A DNA stretch of 64,000 nucleotides from an uncultured Holophagales bacterium (GTDB lineage: Bacteria > Acidobacteriota > Thermoanaerobaculia > UBA5066): the NCBI GenBank assembly GCA_963696015.1, contig CAVOJA010000006.1, forward strand, positions 523-64,522. Reading direction: 5' to 3'. This document shows, one piece after another, positions 63,325 through 64,000 of the stretch. Within the stretch, counting starts at the first letter, position 1, and each line of letters begins with the position of its first letter. The position numbers and the translations under genes are program-made. The notes beneath the pieces were generated by a model that made no database searches, was not told where the DNA came from, and worked only from the letters and a program-made list of their open reading frames with translations.

Positions 63325-64000
63325 CTATCTGCCGTAGGTCGTTTCTCTGTCGAGAATCGTCAGGGTTCGCGCGTAGAGGTGCTCGACCTCGTCGCGGCTG
63401 TTGCCGATGGCGGTGACGCCGATCTTCCCGTACTGCGAGAGCGCCCCGATGAGGTGAAAGAGAACCCCGGACTCGGTGTTGTGCGAGTAGTGGAGGCCGT
63501 TGATCGTCAGGATCTCGATCAGGTCCTCCGGGAGAAGGCCGCGGTACGCCTCCGACTTGAGGTTGTCGGTGGCGCGGTAGTACTTCGGGATGCCGCGTGG
63601 GGAGAAGAAGAGCCCTGTTCCGGCGTCGATCTGGCCCCCCGTGATGAACTGGAGGGCGAGGTAGGGGTGGGTCGTCCCTCCCATCCGGAGGTTGATCTCG
63701 AGGGCGTGGGTGACCCACTCGTCCGAGCCTTCCGCGCGGGTCGCGAGGAAATCGACGGCGAGGCGGCTCATCACTCCCTTCCGGGCCAGGACGGCGCCGA
63801 TCTTCATCGCCTCGTCCTGGATCTTCAGCCGATACTCGGTCGCGGCGGGGAAGAGGCAGCCGAGGAAGACCTGTCCGCTCGTCCCGCCGAGGACCTGGTC
63901 GTGGGTCGAGATCGGAATCACGGCCCCGTGCGGGTCGACGCGAAGCTGGACGCTCGGCGAGGTCTTGTGGTCGCCGTCGAGGAACTCCTCGACGATCCCC
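63325..64000 (-). CDS. ATP-grasp-fold protein, PGM1-like peptide ligase C-terminal region. The 5-prime part lies beyond the window end.
   Basis: The frame is open to base 64000 (GIVEEFLDGDHKTSPSVQLRVDPHGAVIPISTHDQ...). The segment ALEINLRMGGTTHPYLALQFITGG resembles the PGM1-related peptide ligase family as I remember it. Confidence 0.55.
   Translation of the reverse strand, partial: GIVEEFLDGDHKTSPSVQLRVDPHGAVIPISTHDQVLGGTSGQVFLGCLFPAATEYRLKIQDEAMKIGAVLARKGVMSRLAVDFLATRAEGSDEWVTHALEINLRMGGTTHPYLALQFITGGQIDAGTGLFFSPRGIPKYYRATDNLKSEAYRGLLPEDLIEILTINGLHYSHNTESGVLFHLIGALSQYGKIGVTAIGNSRDEVEHLYARTLTILDRETTYGR

Overview
High-GC (about 70% by eye) bacterial chromosomal segment, densely coding, with about 46 protein genes. 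I recognised no rRNA, tRNA, CRISPR array, transposase or integrase. All calls come from the ORF track plus motif recognition from memory; no searches were run, and start codons are best guesses from RBS and frame inspection.

Gene content in order:
- AmmeMemoRadiSam genes (5-prime truncated)
- a membrane spermidine-synthase-like protein, divergent from a secreted guanidino-modifying-fold enzyme
- an Fe-S protein
- rng-rodA-mrdA-mreDCB (mreC frameshifted)
- a FecR-domain protein, ppiD-like gene, ruvAB and a lipid kinase
- transporters (SSS; NSS plus small subunit), an orphan EIIA-2 protein and an omega-amidase-like gene
- an exported peptidoglycan-salvage set (AmiE-like/NamZ fusion, NagZ, LD-carboxypeptidase) and lysA
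- a 7TM diguanylate cyclase
- an M28 peptidase, GT39-like gene and copA joined by overlapping stop/start codons
- PhzF, then an ECF sigma / anti-sigma / DUF4097 / OMP cluster
- a CusCBA-type efflux operon that looks broken
- a PGM1-like ATP-grasp gene running off the right edge

Most interesting observations:
1. Three unrelated secreted enzymes each end in the same roughly 480-aa two-part C-terminal cassette, which I cannot assign to a named family. The enzymes are a PQQ-type sugar dehydrogenase, a metzincin protease with a PKD domain, and a BNR/Asp-box protein.
2. The cus operon carries three single-base frameshifts and one in-frame TGA, while the neighbouring genes are intact.
3. mreC is split by a frameshift at a C7 homopolymer.
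4. The peptidoglycan-salvage enzymes all carry export signals, and AmiE and NamZ are fused.

The many long alternative-frame ORFs in the track are high-GC artefacts.
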